DNA of 64,000 bases from Thermoplasmatota archaeon (GTDB lineage Archaea > Thermoplasmatota > Thermoplasmata > Lutacidiplasmatales > JAMCUS01): NCBI GenBank assembly GCA_023379385.1, contig JAMCUS010000022.1, positions 6,813 to 70,812 of the forward strand, read 5' to 3'. The position numbers and the translations under genes were made by a program. Shown piece by piece: positions 61,239 to 64,000 of this stretch (the stretch's first letter is position 1; every line of letters starts with the position of its first letter). The notes under the pieces are model-generated. The model did not search any database. It saw only the letters and a list, made by a program, of their open reading frames with translations, and was not told the origin of the DNA.

Positions 61239-61570
61239 TGGCCTCCGACATAAATTTTTCTATAAAATTATCATATAAAATTAAAAAATATATGGTAAAG
61301 AAATATGGTAAGCTGGTTCCAATACAGATAACAGTTACGTATACAAAAGGACCATGCAGAGATGACTGGTGTCCGCTTATAAGAAAAATCATAACCAAAA
61401 TAGTAGATAAAGATGAAAATTTTGATGAAAAAATATACGTACCAATTATTATAGACGAAATAAAAATATATATGCATAAAGAATTATATGAATATGCATC
61501 AAAACATATGAATAAAATTGAATTGGATATTGGAATAGGTGGTTTGATAAAACATAAAGGAATAGAGTAG
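61235..61570 (+). CDS. hypothetical protein translationally coupled to copA
   Basis: 111 aa. The start overlaps the copA stop (ATGA). Contains CRDDWC. No family recognised. Confidence 0.45.
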   Translation: MMASDINFSIKLSYKIKKYMVKKYGKLVPIQITVTYTKGPCRDDWCPLIRKIITKIVDKDENFDEKIYVPIIIDEIKIYMHKELYEYASKHMNKIELDIGIGGLIKHKGIE

Positions 61571-61574
61571 ATTA

Positions 61575-61620
61575 CTGACAGGCTGTAATAGAGGTAGGGT
61601 AATTCAACAAAATCTTAACT
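61575..61620 (-). repeat. MITE family copy E (right-end fragment, reverse orientation)
   Basis: CTGACAGGCTGTAATAGAGGTAGGGTAATTCAACAAAATCTT is the reverse complement of the right ~45 bp of copies C and D. Confidence 0.55.
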
Positions 61621-61706
61621 TTAAAGGTTAATGATTATTCTATTGAATATTAGCTTGTATAAGGGGTGTTATTTTTTTAGCCTTATCTATATCCCCGTTT
61701 AATCAA

Positions 61707-61852
61707 TGGGAGTACTGGGATTTGAACCCAGATCGGCAGGTATCTTCTTTATGGATCACCGCTCCAGTTAATCATCATTAATATTTCAGAATACCTACTG
61801 CAGATCATCTCCATAACTGGAGCCTGCTAGGATGCCATTACCCTATACTCCC
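61707..61852 (-). tRNA. tRNA-Trp(CCA) with 75-nt intron at 37/38
   Basis: GGGAGTA...GCAGG-CTCCAG[75 nt]A-CCTGC-CGAT-CTGGG-TTCAAAT-CCCAG-TACTCCC-A. The acceptor, anticodon and T stems pair perfectly. Confidence 0.8.
61742..61816 (-). ncRNA. box C/D guide RNA embedded in the tRNA-Trp intron
   Basis: Terminal stem TTATGGA/TCCATAA. Boxes: C GAGATGA, D' CTGA, C' ATGATGA, D GTGA. The D guide AACTGGAGC pairs with the anticodon loop and puts C34 at the +5 position. The D' guide GTAGGTAT pairs with ATACCTGC and puts position 39 at +5. Confidence 0.7.
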
Positions 61853-62021
61853 GTATACATTTCAGCATCTAATGCAAGCAACTTAAATTAAATCTTTTCC
61901 CTATATTTAAATATATAGCATCAAAATTTTGAATACTGTATATAGTAACACCTCGTTTATTGTATATATAAAGAAAGAATAGAAAAATTCATACACGTTA
62001 GGTATGGGAAGAAGTTGCAGA

Positions 62022-63350
62022 CTAGGACACCCACACGCTCTTTACGTTAGTAAATTCAACCATGCCATATTTGGACAGTTCTCTACCTATACCACTTTTT
62101 TTTATACCACCAAATGGCAGCCTTGGATCTGATGTAACAATCTTATTGATGAAAACCATTCCAGCATCAATCCATGGTACAATTTTTTCAGCATTATCCC
62201 TGTTGCCCCAAATAGATGCTCCCAATCCATAAGGTGTTTCATTTGCCATATCAATAGCTTCTTCAGCCTTTCTATATTTTTTTAATATGGCTACAGGACC
62301 AAAAAGCTCTTCATTGTATAGATGATCTGTCCTAACAATGGTTGGTGTAACGATATTTCCATTGTCTTCACCAAATCTCTCTACCTTACCTATAGAGACC
62401 AGGTATCTTAGCTGTTTTTTTAATATTTTGGTCTGTTCATTACCCGAAAGAGGCCCTAAAACGGTATCCTTACTGGCGGGGTCACCCATCTTTACCTTCA
62501 TAAACTGCTCTCTAATAGCTGTATAAAATTCTTCATAAACCGATTCATGCACAATGAATCTTTTTGATGCAATACAGCTTTGTCCATTATTCTGCAACCT
62601 TCCCAGTACAGCATTTTTTACAGTTATTTCAAAATTACTATCATCAATAACTATGAATGGATCAGAACCACCAAGTTCCATAACGACTTTTTTAAGGTTC
62701 TTTGCTGCTTCTTGATAAATTATTGTTCCGGCAGACGTTGAGCCTGTAAATGACAATCCATCAAAGTATTTTATAAAATTGTTTATTGCAGCTCCTTTTA
62801 ATATAACAGATTTAAAAACCTCTGTTTCAAATAGTCTTTCAAGCATACTGGAGGTTCCGGAAACAATTGAGGCATGTTTGAGAATGATACCATTACCGGC
62901 TGCAATAGCTGGAATGGCGGCTCTCATAACCTGCCATACAGGAAAATTCCATGGCATTATAATGAGAATCACACCTAGTGGATCGTATCTAACATAACTT
63001 CTTTTAGCTTCAGTAGAGATTAATTCAGGTGATAAAAATTGCTCTGCATGCTCAATGGTGTAATCTATGAGATTAATTGATTTTTTGATTTCATTATAGC
63101 TCTGCGTTATAGGTTTTCCCATCTCGTTCGTTACGAGATTGCTTAATTCATCTATGTTTTTTTCAAAATTATATTTTATTTTTTTCAAAAGCTCTATTCT
63201 TTCCTTAATATCTTTTTTCAGTGTTAATTGATTTTTCTTTACTATTGATATTTTTTTTATTATGCTATTACGACTGTCCTCTTCATATTTACCAACTACA
63301 TTGCCTGTATATGGATTTATAACCCTTATAATCGCCATGATTGTATACAT
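62022..63350 (-). CDS. aldehyde dehydrogenase (short, succinate-semialdehyde dehydrogenase-like)
   Basis: 442 aa. ALDH motifs MELGGSDP and NNGQSCIASKRF. Confidence 0.8.
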   Translation of the reverse strand: MYTIMAIIRVINPYTGNVVGKYEEDSRNSIIKKISIVKKNQLTLKKDIKERIELLKKIKYNFEKNIDELSNLVTNEMGKPITQSYNEIKKSINLIDYTIEHAEQFLSPELISTEAKRSYVRYDPLGVILIIMPWNFPVWQVMRAAIPAIAAGNGIILKHASIVSGTSSMLERLFETEVFKSVILKGAAINNFIKYFDGLSFTGSTSAGTIIYQEAAKNLKKVVMELGGSDPFIVIDDSNFEITVKNAVLGRLQNNGQSCIASKRFIVHESVYEEFYTAIREQFMKVKMGDPASKDTVLGPLSGNEQTKILKKQLRYLVSIGKVERFGEDNGNIVTPTIVRTDHLYNEELFGPVAILKKYRKAEEAIDMANETPYGLGASIWGNRDNAEKIVPWIDAGMVFINKIVTSDPRLPFGGIKKSGIGRELSKYGMVEFTNVKSVWVS

Positions 63351-63390
63351 ATATAATTTTATATATATAATTTTAGTACGGGTTTAGATT

Positions 63391-64000
63391 TCAATCCATT
63401 TTTTTAGATATAAATAATCCTGTAATGTATGGAACCACCGCCCATATAATTGCAATGATGGATACAGAAAGGTAGGTTATTCCGTATTGTGATGGAGTTC
63501 CTGTAGCACCACTTATAGATGATAACGTTCCTGCTTTAACCGCCAACATTAAAGTATATAACGATGATGGAGATATGGAGCTAAGATATATAGCTGTCTG
63601 TGTATAAGCAATACTGCCTGTACCATTACCCATGGCAAGATTTACTAAATCAATGATAACGCCCCAAAACAGTGCAAAAACCAGGAATATAACAATGCTG
63701 GAACCTAACAATGCGGAAACTGATTTGATTAAATGTGATAAAATGTAGATTATGCCCAGGTATGCAGCAGCCATTGCCGTGAAGGTTGCTATAATCAGTA
63801 CAGCGGAAGTTAGGGACATATAAAAACCCAAATAATAATTGGCAAAGAGGTCTATTACTGCTGTTCCAATGGTTATTGCTATGAATATAGCAATAATATT
63901 TGAAAAAAATCGTGAAGTAAACAGACCCTCTCTCGTTATAGGCTTTGATAAAACAGAATCCAATGTACCGGAGGCTTTATCCTTTCCATATGTGAAATAC
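63391..64000 (-). CDS. ABC-2 type transporter permease (5' end beyond window)
   Basis: GTLDSVLSKPITREGLF motif typical of ABC-2/NosY-like permeases, followed by 5 TM helices. The frame remains open to the window edge. Confidence 0.6.
   Translation of the reverse strand, partial: YFTYGKDKASGTLDSVLSKPITREGLFTSRFFSNIIAIFIAITIGTAVIDLFANYYLGFYMSLTSAVLIIATFTAMAAAYLGIIYILSHLIKSVSALLGSSIVIFLVFALFWGVIIDLVNLAMGNGTGSIAYTQTAIYLSSISPSSLYTLMLAVKAGTLSSISGATGTPSQYGITYLSVSIIAIIWAVVPYITGLFISKKMD

Overview
AT-rich archaeal chromosomal segment. By eye the GC content is in the mid-30s percent; I did not compute it. Gene content points to an acidophilic Thermoplasmatales-type euryarchaeon of the Ferroplasma or '-plasma' kind. 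The supporting genes are an unsplit rpoB inside an rpoH-rpoB-rpoA'-rpoA''-L30e-NusA operon, a class II HMG-CoA reductase, arsR plus an ACR3 arsenite pump, a TRASH-domain copper module, a thermopsin-like surface glycoprotein and an endonuclease V fusion. Most of the window is housekeeping: the RNAP core operon, rpoE'-spt4-DUF359-S24e-S27ae, thrS, aspS, tmk, NAD kinase, fbp, two aldehyde dehydrogenases and a thiolase/DUF35 pair. Mobile DNA is interleaved with these genes: one intact IS1634-type element, one IS remnant, a truncated tnpB abutting a truncated IS630-type transposase, and a ~110-bp MITE family present in at least six copies, one of which cleanly splits the IS630 gene. Observations I rate most worth follow-up: (1) Two tRNA genes are readable as cloverleaves only after removing multiple short inserts at non-canonical sites: Arg-CCG needs three removed and Lys-UUU two. 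A tRNA-Trp has a 75-nt box C/D intron whose guides point at positions 34 and 39. (2) There is an operon of three AIM24/DUF124 paralogues with an embedded zinc-ribbon ORF and an upstream membrane/zinc-ribbon protein. (3) A protein made of two tandem Cas4-like PD-(D/E)xK modules has an N-terminal module cut off by an in-frame TAA. (4) An IMPase/NADP-phosphatase-like gene coupled to NAD kinase is interrupted by a single in-frame TGA. (5) The thiolase-fold protein appears to have Ser at the nucleophile position. No CRISPR array, rRNA or recognisable defence island was seen. All family calls are from motif recognition by eye, not database searches.
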